A DNA stretch of 63,773 bases, the filler included, from Guillardia theta CCMP2712 (lineage: Eukaryota; Protista; Cryptophyta): assembly GCF_000315625.1 (NCBI RefSeq). It is 5 parts of 5 records of this genome, joined end to end, with 100 filler letters (N's around TTAATTAATTAA, not from the genome) between each part and the next. Parts side by side here need not be neighbours in the genome. Positions count along the whole stretch, not along the records: positions 22,685 to 53,523 come from NW_005434583.1; 4 more parts are not named here. One strand, 5' to 3'. Below are positions 33,903 to 46,763 of this stretch, piece after piece. A program made the translations under genes and the position numbers. Under the pieces are notes generated by a model, which had not been told where the DNA came from, made no database searches, and saw only the letters and a program-made list of their open reading frames with translations. Position 1 is the first letter of the stretch. Every line of letters starts with the position of its first letter.

Positions 33903-36900
33903 ATGGCGAGCCATCAGAGCTTGGGGCATTGCGGAACGGCGGAGGCGGCAGAGGAGGAGGAGGAGGAGGAGGAGGAGGCGAATGAGAAGGAGGATACAAG
34001 ACTGATAATGCATTGGACCGACATGGAAGTGGAAGAGAAGAATCTATTCCCCCGCCTCCGAAGGATAAAGCATGCCTTGCAGGCCGCGATGATCGAGTCT
34101 TCCTCCTGGGAAGAAGAAGAGGAGCTTGTGGGAGTGAAGTTTCCTGGACAAGCGCAGCTGAAAGATGGGCTGGACAAGGAGGAGGTGGAGACTCTGAGAT
34201 CCATGTTAGAGGTCATGAAGGAGTTGGACAAACTGCACAGGCAGAGCATGCGGGCGAACTCGAGGAGGAGAAGCATCTGCGCGTCTTTGGATCAATGCCG
34301 CCATGAGAGCGTGGACAGCGTGAGACACTTCAGGACAGCCATGCAGGACATGATCCGCAAGCATGAGAAGTGGTGCTCCACCTGGAACTTGTGCAGGGGC
34401 GAGGTCACGAGGGCGGTGGAAGGAGAGGTCCAACAACAGGTGCGAGCATGCTTGCTTGTTGTTGGCACCTGCACTCAAGTAGCGCCATGCAGGTGACATA
34501 CCGGCTGCTCCAACAGAACGTCGTCAGCATTCCGAGCCATTACAGTAAGATCCTCCGCAAAGACGTTATGTGCCTGCTCGCCGACCTTGAAGGTGGGCGG
34601 TGACGGATTGGGTTGTCGCAGGGCAGTGACGGGGATGTCAGATGTGAGCAGGCGGAACTTGTGCAGGTGGCAGAGGACGTTCTCAGCTGTTGACGTCGAG
34701 GGCTACAGGAACTTGTGCTTGTTCTCACCCAGCGTGCATGTCGACGGGCAGCTCAGGTTGGTAGCCACGATGAGACGCCTCCACCGCATGCAAGGGACAG
34801 GCTCTTGCTACCTGACCTTCTCCTGCTGGGCTTCTCACATGTCAAGGATCAAACTTGAGAGATCGTGTCGCAATCGCTTGCAGCGAGTTGTGTCTTGCTC
34901 AAGAGCAAGGCGGTTCTTACAAACATGGAGAGCGGCTGTAGAGGACATAAGTCATGAGAGGAGGCACCTCTGCCTAAAGTTTGCAGACTGCTCTGAACAA
35001 ATCCATCAGTCTGCCCATAAAGACTCTGTGACGAAGATCTTCTTTCATGTCTGGTGCATGCAGAGAAGAAACTCCCTTGTTGCTGATCGGCTCCTGTTGC
35101 GTTTCTGTCTCTGGAGACATGTCAAGTTTCTGAGTTCCCTTTTCTGGCGATGGGCATCGTCAACCGGTGACTTGTCAATCTAGCGTAAAACTCGTTTGAC
35201 AAGCTGAGAACAGGCAAGAACCACTACCTGTACAGCACTCTGTTCTTTGCTTCCCGTGCGTTGGAGCTGAGAATGAAAATCCGCGCGACGTGTACATGGA
35301 GGCATGTGTGCGAGGGGGCGAGGAGGCAGCGGGCAGCTGCCGAGGAGGAGAATGTCTGCCCGAATGAGATCGTGAGAGGTGAAGACAAGCAGTGTGGGAG
35401 GAGCTCGTGTGAGATGGACAAACAGACGACAAGCCGCGGAGCAGGAGGCGCGATTTCTTGTCACTCCTGACCGAGCTCCAGGTGAACTGACTTCTTTCTT
35501 CACCCCCCCCCGGCCCTGGCGCGCGCAACTTTGGAAGTGATCGGGGGAACTTGTTCAGGGGATCAAAAACGAGCTTGCCGAGCAACAGAGCAGAGCTGAA
35601 CGTCTGAAGCGACGAAGGGACGGGTTAACGGCTATCACCACGATGACGGTCCATCCTTCGACCTCCCAGCCGTCCCTTTCGCCACCTCCGGCTCAACCTC
35701 TTTTCCAATCTCTCTCCTAAACCCTCCTCTTGCTTGTTCCGCCGCTTCTCCTCTCCCCCCTCAAACCAGCCTGACGGCATGACAGGGTCGCCCAGGAGTT
35801 CCAGAGGAGAAAATGGTCATGAGCAACTTTGTTGATATGGCCTGCGACGAGGCTGTCAAACTTTTCTTATGGTCTCTTCCTCCTCCCCCTTGACCTTTTC
35901 TCCCCGTTGACTTGAAGATCCAGCGGACAGGAGGGACCCTCTTCAGGCGGCGTGGACAACGGCGACGAGCTCAGGAGGGAGCTGGAGCAGTGCTGTGCCC
36001 AGCGGTCAACCCTGCAGCAGCAGAACGAGGAAGCAACTCTCTTCATCGCTGCTTGCCGTGCTGATGCCCTTCCTGTCTTGCGTGCAGGTGCTGAAGGAGG
36101 AGGTGAAATCCTTGCAGACGTCGTCGAGGCAATTTGCCGACGAGATTCAAAGGCAGAACCTGATCATCGCCGAGGTGCTTTGTGGTTTCCTGCTCCTCTT
36201 GCTCTTCCCTTTTCCTTCCTTCTCTTCATCCTGCTGCTGCTGCTACTGCATTCTCCCCTCTGCTCCTCCATTCTTCATCCTCCCCCTCTTCCACCTCTAC
36301 ATGTGTTGAAGTCATTGACGTCTTTGACATCTCCCTTGCAGACGGAAGGCGCGATGCTGCGGAGGAATGAGAAGTTCGAACAATACTGCCAACAGATCAT
36401 TGAGCAAAACAGGGCACTCAGCGATCAAGTAGCTGAAATGAAGATGGTCATAGTGCCTCCTCCCTTCCTCTCCATGTCTCCCTTGCTGGCCCCGGCTCAT
36501 CATCACAACATTTTCACAAGCCATCCCTTTCTCGTCCTCCCCTCCCCTCCCCTCCCCTCCCCCCCCTGTCTCTTCCCCTCCCTTGCCTTCCCTTCCGTCC
36601 CCTTCCCTTCCCTCCCTTCTCTTCCCCTCTCTTCCCCTCCTCTACTTTTCCCTTTTCTCCCCTTTTCGATGTGACTTGTCGGCCTGCAGGAGCTTAAAGG
36701 CAAAGAGGACGTCATCGTCCAGCTTCGCCAGGAGTCCGAGAAGATCTACGTGATCCTCCTCACCTTACCTGCTGATTTCTTTCTTCCTCCTCACCAACTC
36801 CGCGCAGTCTGATGCCGACAGCCTGCATGTAGAGTGCGTCAACCTGGCTCAGGTTCCTCTCCCTCCTCCTCCCCCTCTCCCCCTCATCTCCTCATCTCCT

Positions 36901-38318
36901 CCTCTCCTCCTTCCGTTCCCCTCCCCCCTTCGTCTCCTTCTATCCAGGCCCTCTCCTCACTTTCCCCCATTCCTCCTCTGCCTCCTGCCATCATCACGAT
37001 CTTCATGTAATGACTACTCCGATAGGAGCTCTCCAAGGCTAAACAAGAACTAGATTCCTTCAAGTCTCATTCTAAAATCTCACTTTTCCTTCTCCAACTT
37101 CAGTTTCTCATCTCCACCGCTCCTCCCCTCCCCTCCCTTACACCCTCGTCTTTCTCTCCTGTACCCTCTAAATGGCTCTTCTGTTCCTGCCCTCCTCCTC
37201 CCTCCTCCCTCCTTCCTTCCTCCTCTTCAGTGATTTCCCCTCAGGTCCTCAAGCTCTAAAGACCGTCTGGCACTTGAGATTCGCAATGAATCCCTCCAGC
37301 TTCAGGTTCTCCTCCCCTCGCAACTATCCCTCAGCTTCACGCATCCCTCCTTCCTCCTCCTCCTCTTCCTCCTCCTCCTCCCCCTTCTTCTTCCTCTTCC
37401 TCGCTCTCTGCCTCCTTCCTCTGACATGCCTCCTTCAGATTCACGATCTGGAGAGCAACCTCTCTCGCAGCCAGCAATCCTGGTCCCAGGAGCGCGGGAA
37501 GCTGCAGGAGGAGATCGAGAAGAACAGGAGCCCGTCCAAAGCCGACTATGCTGCCATGCAGACCATGTAACACTCCCTTCCTCCTCCACCCCTCGTGCAT
37601 CCTCCCTCGTGCATCCTCCCATCCACCACCACCACCACCACCACCACCACCACTTTATCTCCTCCTCTGCCTCCTTGCCGATCTTGATGCATATCAGAAT
37701 GTGAAGACCTCCCTCCTCGCTCCTCATCGATTCGTTTCCTCCCACTTCCTGTGTCTTCCTTCCCTCTGCCTCTCGCTGTCCACCCCGTGCCGTCCTCAGC
37801 GAACCGTTAGGTACTGGAAGAGCAAGAGGACAAGAGATGTCGTAAAGGAGCGGGACGATGCTCTCCTCAGGATCCAGGAGCTCACCAGCGAGCTGCAGTG
37901 AGGAGTTGTGGGAGCACGAGGAGGGTGGGGAGTGGGGAGCTGCAGCAAGACGGCGGGAGAGGAGGAGGGGCGGAAGAGGAGGAGGAGAATAGGACTGACC
38001 ATAGCAGCAGGAGCATCAAGGATCAAAGTACCTCGAAGCTCCACACTGACACTTTCTCTCAATTCCTGCAGAGACGGGAGGAGAGGTATTCCCTCAACGC
38101 AGTACCCACTCATCCACTCCTGCCCCCTCCTCTCCCTCGCTCAGCTGTCTCCCTTGACCATCCCCTTCCCATTTCTCACTCCTCTTCCCTCCCCTCCCCT
38201 GATCCCCTGAACTGCATCTCACAGCGACCTTGACGATTCTGGAACAACTTCCTCCGCAATCCTAGCGGCGCAACTGCAGGAGGACTCGTTCCTAGACGAG
38301 TCTGCAGTGATCATCTGA
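33903..38318 (+). CDS. Multi-exon hypothetical protein with Trp-spaced helical (Sfi1-like) segments and a C-terminal coiled coil
   Basis: Exons joined by GT-AG introns. Segments LTFSCW, RFLQTWR, IFFHVW, SLFWRW, IRATCTWR; later coils (EKFEQYCQQIIEQNRALSDQ, IHDLESNLSRSQQSWSQERGKLQEEIEK). Confidence 0.55.
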
Positions 38319-38779
38319 CGCGCATTAGGGTAACAAGGTTTCTCTCATCACCGCCGCAAGTCTCAGGACGCACTTCAATGCCCGTGAATGAAAATAAAGC
38401 ATGCCGATGAAAATCTCTCTTGGAGATCTCAAGGACAAGAAAGAATATGAGTTACTACTCCAAACCTCCTCTCAGAGCCTTGGGCTTGAAGCTCCGAAGC
38501 TGCGCTCCAACACTGATAACCCCCTCCTCCTCTCCAGGCAGAGTTTACAAGGTTGGAACGGCTCTCCCGGATATCTGGCACGTCAAACGTTAGAACAACT
38601 CAGCTGTCACCATGATGGGGAGGACAAGGGTGGAGGAAAGAACAAATGAGATCAAGTGAAGAGTGTCTAAGAAAGACACTCACTCGATCCCCATGCTACA
38701 AGAGAATTCCATTAGCCTATGCACGATCACCCATCCATCTTTGCACTTGGAGCAGAGATCCTCCACAAACACTTCCTCC

Positions 38780-39109
38780 TCAAACAAACTTGTTTGCCGC
38801 CTTGACTCCCCTGCAGCAGCCTGCAGCAGAGGTCACCACGCTCCTCCTCATCATACCAGCTTCCTGTAAACACACCTTCTTCTTCGACTCGCTCCTCCTG
38901 CTGTCTGACTTGCCGGCCCTGCTCGTAAAACTTTTGGCAAGCGACCCGAACTCCGCCAAAAGAGCAGCGAGGAGGGACATGGGCGACCCGTCACTGCTCT
39001 CGATGCATTTCTGCAGCGGGCTCTTGGCAGCATCTACAGCATAGGAGAATGCAGCATACGCCACACACAAGCCTGACAAGCGGACGAACACAGACAATCC
39101 GCTCGACAT
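38780..39109 (-). CDS. Small hypothetical protein with hydrophobic N-terminus
   Basis: ATG-initiated 109-aa ORF with a possible signal peptide. No recognised family. Confidence 0.35.
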   Translation of the reverse strand: MSSGLSVFVRLSGLCVAYAAFSYAVDAAKSPLQKCIESSDGSPMSLLAALLAEFGSLAKSFTSRAGKSDSRRSESKKKVCLQEAGMMRRSVVTSAAGCCRGVKAANKFV

Positions 39110-40789
39110 TATTCAAACCCACACCCGCGCCTACTCCCCACAAGTTGAAGCAAACAACAACTCAAATCTTCCAACTCGCTTGTTCGAAGAACAACAGCCA
39201 CTGCTACATCAACACCTGTGACATGATAGTTATTTTCGACCCTTGATCAGGCTTTTCAGGTTAGTCGACTACACAAAATTCACAACTAATACAAATAACA
39301 CTTCAGATATTTATCGTCTTTCCATGTCATATTCCTGATCTGAGTGTTCGAATACAGCTATGCCAAGAGGATTTAGAACAATATGATATATCGGTCATAT
39401 ATACAGTATTCAATGACTTCTACTACTTCCTCAGAAAATTTGCACCAGCTCTTTGGACGATACCACTACCTTTAAAATATGTGATTGGATCGGTCAAAAT
39501 CTACGAGATATCATTCTGGTGTGTGTGTTTTGGACACTTTATCTATCTTCTGATTCACCCATCTCCTTTCCCCTCTTCTTCTTCTCCCTTCTCCGCATCT
39601 CTGCCAGTCTCCGCTTCCATCAATCTGCTTGCCGGCATGGCATGACGGCAGCTGTCGTTATACCGACCACCCTACCCTGCATTGCCAATGCTACCCCACC
39701 TCTGATATTGGGTACCCCACCCACTGACATCCCTTTCCATTCTCAACATACCTCAGCATCCATGAAAAGGTGGTAGATTTATAATTTCTTAAGAAGGAAA
39801 ATAACCTATACCCCCAATCCTCGCGTCTTTGATTGACCCCAACACTACCCCCACCTCATTTTTCATAGCAGTTGGGTGAAAGAATCCTTGAGGACCCCGT
39901 CCATAATGGTTTAATTATAATAATAGGCACAGTGATTTTTAACTTAACTTTGAGTAAAGAAGATACCGTACCGGCGCTGCCAGGCTGTCCGATCGGATCA
40001 CACCGTCACGGTCACCGTACTGAGTGCCCGCACTGAGCCACGGAGTGGCGGCGACAGTGTCATCGGAGTCCGAGCCTCGCCGGGGCCACGGGACTGTCAG
40101 CCGGGCACCGTCCACGGTGAGTATCGCGGCGGGCCCCCGACGTTGCACTGTCAGTGACAACTACAGCCGGCCACCTGTAGTATGAGCCGGGGCCGCGGCC
40201 CGCCCGGCCCCCGGGCCCCCGGCGCCGGGGCCGGCCAGCGACGATTCCGGCCCGGTACTGGGTCATCACTGGGTCATGTCGGCCCAGTCCGAGGCTTCGC
40301 TGTTTCCGAAGTTCGCTCGGAACGGTCTGGTCGAGTCTTTTTTTTGAGCAGCAAATTAACTTTGAGTAAAGGGACTAATCATAGAGGCGGTAGCCACCCG
40401 TACCCGCTCCAGGCTGAGGCTCGGAGTCGGGTATGCCATATGATGGTAGGGGTAGTCTGTGACCCATAGAAGAAAACTCCGACCCAGTTCATTTTCTTTT
40501 AAAATCAAAAGATTTGTAAAGCCAATTCATGAGGTAACATTTCAACTTTCAAACAAGGAGTAGCGCAATAAAATTGCAGTGCAAAACGAATAAGCGGTAA
40601 TGTGGGGTGGTCCCTGCTGCTCTCCTCCCTCCTCCGCCTCCACATGAAATCTGCCATTCCGACATCACCTTAAGCACCATAGCTCTTCAAGCACCCAGGC
40701 TCTTTCAGCGCTCCCTCCCCTCCCACCTGCCTACCCGCTGACAGATCCCCAAGCTCTCACCAACCATCAACCGTGTGGCTCCCCCGGCA

Positions 40790-41215
40790 ATGTCCCAGCA
40801 ATGCGTGATGGACTGGTCGTCCGCGGGGTCTTCCTCCCCATCACAGAGCGAGGCTGAGATCTCAGCAGCGGCCGATGAAGAGGCTTGGAACTACTCCCTC
40901 TTTGACTTCATCCTCGCTCATGACGCAGCCTCTTCCTTCGACGCCAACGTTTCCTTCGCCCCGGTCAAGCGAGTGCCCAAGGTGCAACCGCACGCCTCCA
41001 AGCGCTGGTCGACCCTCGAGCATCAGCGCTTCCTTGTTGCCCTGGACATGTACCATGTCCCCGGGAGGGAGGGTCAAGCGCGAGGAGAGGAGCATGGGTC
41101 TGGTCTTGGGCGAGGAGCAGCGAAGAAGATATCTGACTTCGTGCAGACACGATCGGAGGCGCAGGTACGATCACACGCTCAGAAGTACTTTGCTCAGCGC
41201 AGGAACCGGAGCTAG
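40790..41215 (+). CDS. Single-repeat MYB (SHAQKYF class) transcription factor, copy 1
   Basis: RWSTLEHQRFLVAL...AKKISDFVQTRSEAQVRSHAQKYF; intronless. Confidence 0.93.
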   Translation: MSQQCVMDWSSAGSSSPSQSEAEISAAADEEAWNYSLFDFILAHDAASSFDANVSFAPVKRVPKVQPHASKRWSTLEHQRFLVALDMYHVPGREGQARGEEHGSGLGRGAAKKISDFVQTRSEAQVRSHAQKYFAQRRNRS

Positions 41216-42211
41216 GAGTCAGAGCCTTCAACTCTCAGTCTAGAATGCTCACTGTGTGGGGAGACTGCTGGTAAAGAATGTCACGAGTCGCGAGTGTAAT
41301 AAGGACTGCAATGAAGATGCCAGACATGAAAACACACATTAGCTTTCACTTTGCTATGGGACTCTCACACTGAGCCTAGCACAAGACATGCTTCTTGTAT
41401 GCTTTCCGCCAACAGGTCATTTGTTTTCATGATGCTTGCTGATATCGCCTCGGCTAGTGGCAAGTTAAATCCGATCGCCGCTCCATGTCTAACTTTGCAC
41501 CATAGTCCAAGCGCTGCTAGCCAGGTCATGGTTTCAAGTCCTCATGCTGTAAAGTCTTATCATCATCTCGCCTACTGCTGAGAGGCATCCTTTGCGACAG
41601 GATGGGCAACAGCAAGACCTTGGGAGAAACGTTACCCGTACCTACGTCTCTGAGCATGAGGGGAAGGCTAACCCATCGAAGGATCAAGGCATGTTGGGTA
41701 AACAGGGGGGTGCTAGAAGGATTATGTAGGGGTACGGTGACGAACCCAGAAGTTAATTCCGTGTACTACCTTCGGAACACGGCCTGAATTCGGAATACAG
41801 GTATTCACCACATCAAATGTTTCTGTAATATTTCAACTTCACAGCAGAGAATGGCAGGCTTTTCAAGCGAAAAGCAATTACGGTACAAATCGAGCCTGTG
41901 TTGTCACGTAAAGTAACATGGTGGGGTGGGGTATCCCGGGCGGCCCTCCTTGGAAGACAAAGCACATTCCCCTGTCTCCTGTCCTCCTCCCTCTCCCTCC
42001 GTTCTTCTTCGTCCTCCTTCTCCCTCCCATTCTCCTTCGTCCTCCTCCCTCTTCTAGATTTTTTGCCCTCTCTCCAACAGATCAACTCTGACCTCGAGCC
42101 CGTTGGCAGTTCGCTACATTCGATCCCAAGCACTCCCTCCCCTCCCACCTGCCTGCCCGCTGACAGATCCCCAAGCTCTCACCAACCATCAACCGTGTGG
42201 CTCCCCCGGCA

Positions 42212-42637
42212 ATGTCCCAGCAATGCGTGATGGACTGGTCGTCCGCGGGGTCTTCCTCCCCATCACAGAGCGAGGCTGAGATCTCAGCAGCGGCCGATGA
42301 AGAGGCTTGGAACTACTCCCTCTTTGACTTCATCCTCGCTCATGACGCAGCCTCTTCCTTCGACGCCAACGTTTCCTTCGCCCCGGTCAAGCGAGCGCCC
42401 AAGGTGCAACCACACGCCTCCAAGCGCTGGTCGACCCTCGAGCATCAGCGCTTCCTTGTTGCCCTGGACATGTACCATGTCCCCGGGAGGGAGGGTCAAG
42501 CGCGAGGAGAGGAGCATGGGTCCGGTCTTGGGCGAGGAGCAGCGAAGAAGATATCTGACTTCGTGCAGACACGATCGGAGGCGCAGGTACGATCACACGC
42601 TCAGAAGTACTTTGCTCAGCGCAGGAACCGGAGCTAG
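42212..42637 (+). CDS. SHAQKYF MYB transcription factor, copy 2
   Basis: Same protein except V>A in KRVPK/KRAPK. Confidence 0.93.
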   Translation: MSQQCVMDWSSAGSSSPSQSEAEISAAADEEAWNYSLFDFILAHDAASSFDANVSFAPVKRAPKVQPHASKRWSTLEHQRFLVALDMYHVPGREGQARGEEHGSGLGRGAAKKISDFVQTRSEAQVRSHAQKYFAQRRNRS

Positions 42638-43015
42638 GAGTCAGAGCCTTCAACTCTGGATTGCTCACCGTGTGGGGAGACTGCTGGTAAAGAATGTCAC
42701 GAGTCACGAGTGTAATAAGGACGGCAGTGAAGATGCCAGACATGAAAACACACATTAGCTTTCACTGTGCTATGGGACTCTCACACTGAGCCTAGCACAA
42801 GACATGCTTCTTGTATGCTTTCCGCCAACAGGTCATTTGTTTTCATGATGCTTGCTGATATCGCCTCGGCTAGTGGGGAGTTCAATCGCGGCTCCAAGGT
42901 TCAGAAACAGCCTATGTCGAGGAGGTTTTCCGATTCCCTCAAGCGAGGCTCAATGGTGTTTTTGACTCTCATATTGCATGATTAGAGAATACAAGGACAG
43001 ACAATCGATGGAGAA

Positions 43016-43129
43016 ATGATTTCCCTACCGTTATGCATTATCTGAAATGATTTCCCTATGTTATGCATTATTTGAAATGATTTCCCTATGTTATGCATTA
43101 TTTGAATTGATTTCCCTATGTTATGCATT
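43016..43129. repeat. ~30-bp AT-rich tandem repeat, about 4 copies
   Basis: ATGATTTCCCTATGTTATGCATTATTTGAA units with no spacers. Confidence 0.9.
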
Positions 43130-43331
43130 GTTTGGTTTGTCAGGAACAAACAGCATACTGAGAACAATTGCGATCTATCTTCCTTCCATCGCCACCGGAT
43201 GAATTTTCGCCAAGTCCAATTTATAGTTTGAACTATAAACCTGACAGAAAACAAACGTGTAGTACTTTGAATCCTACCTAGATCCCATAGCTCACTCTAC
43301 TTCTAGAAGTACCGAATACTCGGGACATCTC

Positions 43332-44680
43332 ATGGGCATGGATCGATTCACCAGCCTCGCCGCCATCTTCGCCGTCGCCTGCGCCGCCGCCTGCGCCGTC
43401 GCCTGCTCCCCCTGGCCAGTAGCATCAGCGAGGTCGTCTTGTATTCCACGCTCAGTCGTACTGGGATATCAAGACCAGTGACACCCTTATGCAGGTCGCG
43501 CCCCCGGAGGCTACCCTTGGTCAGGCTTCGCGGCGGGTCCGAGGCTTCCTCGCTGCCTGCCGACCTCTTGGAACGCCTGAGCTTTTACAAAGACATTGTA
43601 CAACGAGCTGATAGAGGGGAGGATGGAAAGATGATGACTGTGCTGTATGCAAGAGAACTCCAGGAGATTGCTAGGCTGACCGAAGAAAAGGAGGCTATCT
43701 ATCAAGAGAAGCGCAATGAGATTGCTAGGCTGACCGAAGAAAAGGAGGCTATCTATCAAGAGAAGCGCAATGAGATTGCTAGGCTGACCGAAGAAAAGGA
43801 GGCTATCTATCAAGAGAAGCGCAATGAGATTGCTAGGCTGACCGAAGAAAAGGAGGCTATCTATCAAGAGAAGCGCAATGAGATTGCTAGGCTGACCGAA
43901 GAAAAGGAGGCTATCTATCAAGAGAAGCGCAATGAGATTGCTAGGCTGACCGAAGAAAAGGAGGCTATCTATCAAGAGAAGCGCAATGAGATTGCTAGGC
44001 TGACCGAAGAAAAGGAGGCTATCTATCAAGAGAAGCGCAATGAGATTGCTAGGCTGACCGAAGAAAAGGAGGCTATCTATCAAGAGAAGCGCAATGAGAT
44101 TGCTAGGCTGACCGAAGAAAAGGAGGCTATCTATCAAGAGAAAGACGAGGACCAGAAATGGCGTGAGGAGGTCTACTCAACAATTTTGGCTCAATACTCT
44201 GAAAAATTAGTCTGCCTCGCTGCAGAACGCGCTGCAACTCTGAACAATAGGGCTTTGATCGAGATTGGCATGCAGAGAACTTACGGCAACATGGGCATGA
44301 GCCAAGGCATCAGCAAGACTGTAAATAATCACCTGCTGATGGGCAACGACTTGTCAAGTCTGAGCAATCATTCAAAACAAGTGTGCCAGGATCTGGCCCA
44401 GTACGACTTTGATCTAGATGAAAGATCAGTTGCAATAGAACTGTCGGCGCTGAAGCACGAGATCTCAAAATCGCTCCACAGAAAAGCCTTTCTGCCAAAC
44501 GAACCGCAAGGGTACTATGTAGGAGGGCCGCCACCTTTGGCACAGGCAGTCGCTTGCATGATCACGTATCTTCAGAAAGAAGACCTGATATCGGATGACC
44601 TGGAGGTCTATCTGATCGATGCATCAAAGAAGCCGAGATGTCAACTTCACAAAGGTAAGGTTTTACCACTCAGTGCCTGA
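43332..44680 (+). CDS. Signal-peptide protein with VRLRGG motif, 9 x 18-aa coiled-coil repeat and unknown C-terminal domain
   Basis: MGMDRFTSLAAIFAVACAAACAVAC leader; intron ~43433-43494 joins it to RSRPRRLPLVRLRGG; perfect 54-bp repeats (43664-44142) encode EIARLTEEKEAIYQEKRN. Confidence 0.75.
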
Positions 44681-44707
44681 TGGCCCCAGTGAAGACTCGC
44701 AGCCGGA

Positions 44708-44765
44708 AAAGAGTGGGACGACTCAGTGTGATCGGTAAAGAGTGGGACGACTCAGTGTGATCGGT
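44708..44765. repeat. 29-bp direct repeat, 2 copies
   Basis: AAAGAGTGGGACGACTCAGTGTGATCGGT twice in tandem. Confidence 0.9.
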
Positions 44766-45574
44766 GCATGTGTGCCCGATCCCTTTGGGTGACCGTGGCC
44801 GGCCCAAGTACTAAGATGATCCGATCCATTACTCTGGACCCCATATGTTGCAAGTCTGCATTACGTCCAAGCATTCAACAAGATGAAAGCGAACGGTCTA
44901 GTCACAAGCTCAAGCAACTTGAAGAATCCTGCGGGTATTATTCGGATCAGCAATCTAGCTGTGGTTGTCCCCGGGTGTGCCGGTTACAGCAAGGCTCCCT
45001 TCGAAGGCAAGAACCTAGCATCCAGCCAGTTCCTTTCCAAGATCAACATTGACGAAGACTTTGGGAGGGAGCTTATCATTCATGGGTTTGATAAGCATAA
45101 CTCGAACAACAACGAGTACCGCGAAGACTTCAGGCCCGACGTATGCGCTTTGGTCAGGACCGGGTGTACATTGAAGCTCATGGTTGGTGCACATACAAGA
45201 TCTCAAAGGTCAGCCTTGTCAACAACTGCCTTGCGTCTTTCATGCAATACAAAGTAACATGGTAGTGTCAGTGGTAGGGTAGGGTATCTGGGGCGGCCCT
45301 CCTTGGAAGACAAAGCACATTCCCCTGTCTCCTCCTCCTCCCTCTCCCTCCGTTCTTCTTCGTCTTTCTCCTCCCTACTCCATCCTGATTTGCCCTCTCT
45401 CAAACAGAACACCTCTGAAGGTTCTCTCCTATATTCATACTCCAGGCAGCACTTCCTCGAGCCCGTTGGCAGTTCGCTACATTCGATCCCAAGCACTCCC
45501 TCCCCTCCCACCTGCCTGCCCGCTGACAGATCCCCAAGCTCTCAACAACCATCAACCGTGTGGCTCCCCCGGCA

Positions 45575-46000
45575 ATGTCCCAGCAATGCGTGATGGACTG
45601 GTCGTCCGCGGGGTCTTCCTCCCCATCACAGAGCGAGGCTGAGATCTCAGCAGCGGCCGATGAAGAGGCTTGGAACTACTCCCTCTTTGACTTCATCCTC
45701 GCTCATGACGCAGCCTCTTCCTTCGACGCCAACGTTTCCTTCGCCCCGGTCAAGAGAGTGCCCAAGGTGCAACCGCACGCCTCCAAGCGCTGGTCGACCC
45801 TCGAGCATCAGCGCTTCCTTGTTGCCCTGGACATGTACCATGTTCCCGGGAGGGAGGGTCAAGCGCGAGGAGAGGAGCATGGGTCTGGTCTTGGGCGAGG
45901 AGCAGCGAAGAAGATATCTGACTTCGTGCAGACACGATCGGAGGCGCAGGTACGATCACACGCTCAGAAGTACTTTGCTCAGCGCAGGAACCGGAGCTAG
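45575..46000 (+). CDS. SHAQKYF MYB transcription factor, copy 3
   Basis: Protein identical to copy 1, with synonymous nucleotide differences. Confidence 0.93.
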   Translation: MSQQCVMDWSSAGSSSPSQSEAEISAAADEEAWNYSLFDFILAHDAASSFDANVSFAPVKRVPKVQPHASKRWSTLEHQRFLVALDMYHVPGREGQARGEEHGSGLGRGAAKKISDFVQTRSEAQVRSHAQKYFAQRRNRS

Positions 46001-46425
46001 GAGTCAGAGCCTTCAACTCTAGATTGCTCACCGTGTGGGGAGACTGCTGGTAAAGAAGATCCTAGCTCTGCCATGGCTACGGCCATACGTCGGCTATAGG
46101 GGGAAGTCTATCCCATCGAAGGATCATGACTGGTCAAGGTCATTTCTGAGCACGAAGATCACAAGTTTGCGGAAGTCTTCAATGCCTGGATGACCGGTAC
46201 TACGCGGCTCCAGAAAAAGTACTGATACGACCTCCTTATTATGTTAGAAGGCCTATCTAAGTATCATGGAGATGTTAGTGAATATGGAGCAGGATGATAG
46301 AATGTTGTTGTATGCTCTTGGGGGAAGCAATTAAGCTCCTCCTTATCAAATACAGTATCAGCAAGGCAGTTTTGAAAGTTTCCGGTCTAGACCATAGCGT
46401 TCAAAGGTGTCAGAACCATTTTTCT

Positions 46426-46498
46426 CCTGCCTCCTGCCTCCTGCCTCCTGCCTCCTGCCTCCTGCCTCCTGCCTCCTGCCTCCTGCCTCCTGCCTCCT
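46426..46498. repeat. (CCTGCCT)n heptanucleotide repeat
   Basis: Directly visible. Confidence 0.93.
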
Positions 46499-46763
46499 CC
46501 TACAGCACCGCTACCATGAACAATCACGTGAAGTTCTTCAGGTTCCAGATGATGTCTGAACCAGCATGTCGCCCCTTTTAAAAAGATATATTTACTTCAA
46601 AATACTACTTGTAAAACCAGGAAAGTATGTTTTTCGACCATCAACCCCCTAAAGGGCTTTTAATAACGAATTATTTTTTGTACTATGAATTCTCTCTATA
46701 TATAATAAGTGCGTTTAAAAAGTTTTTTAAAAGGTCTCAACTAGCCAGGCTAGCCCGCGCGCG

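Noticed and set aside
43016-43129. ~30-bp repeats as a CRISPR array (also 44708-44765 and 43664-44142)
   Set aside because: Head-to-tail repeats with no unique spacers and no cas genes; eukaryotic context.
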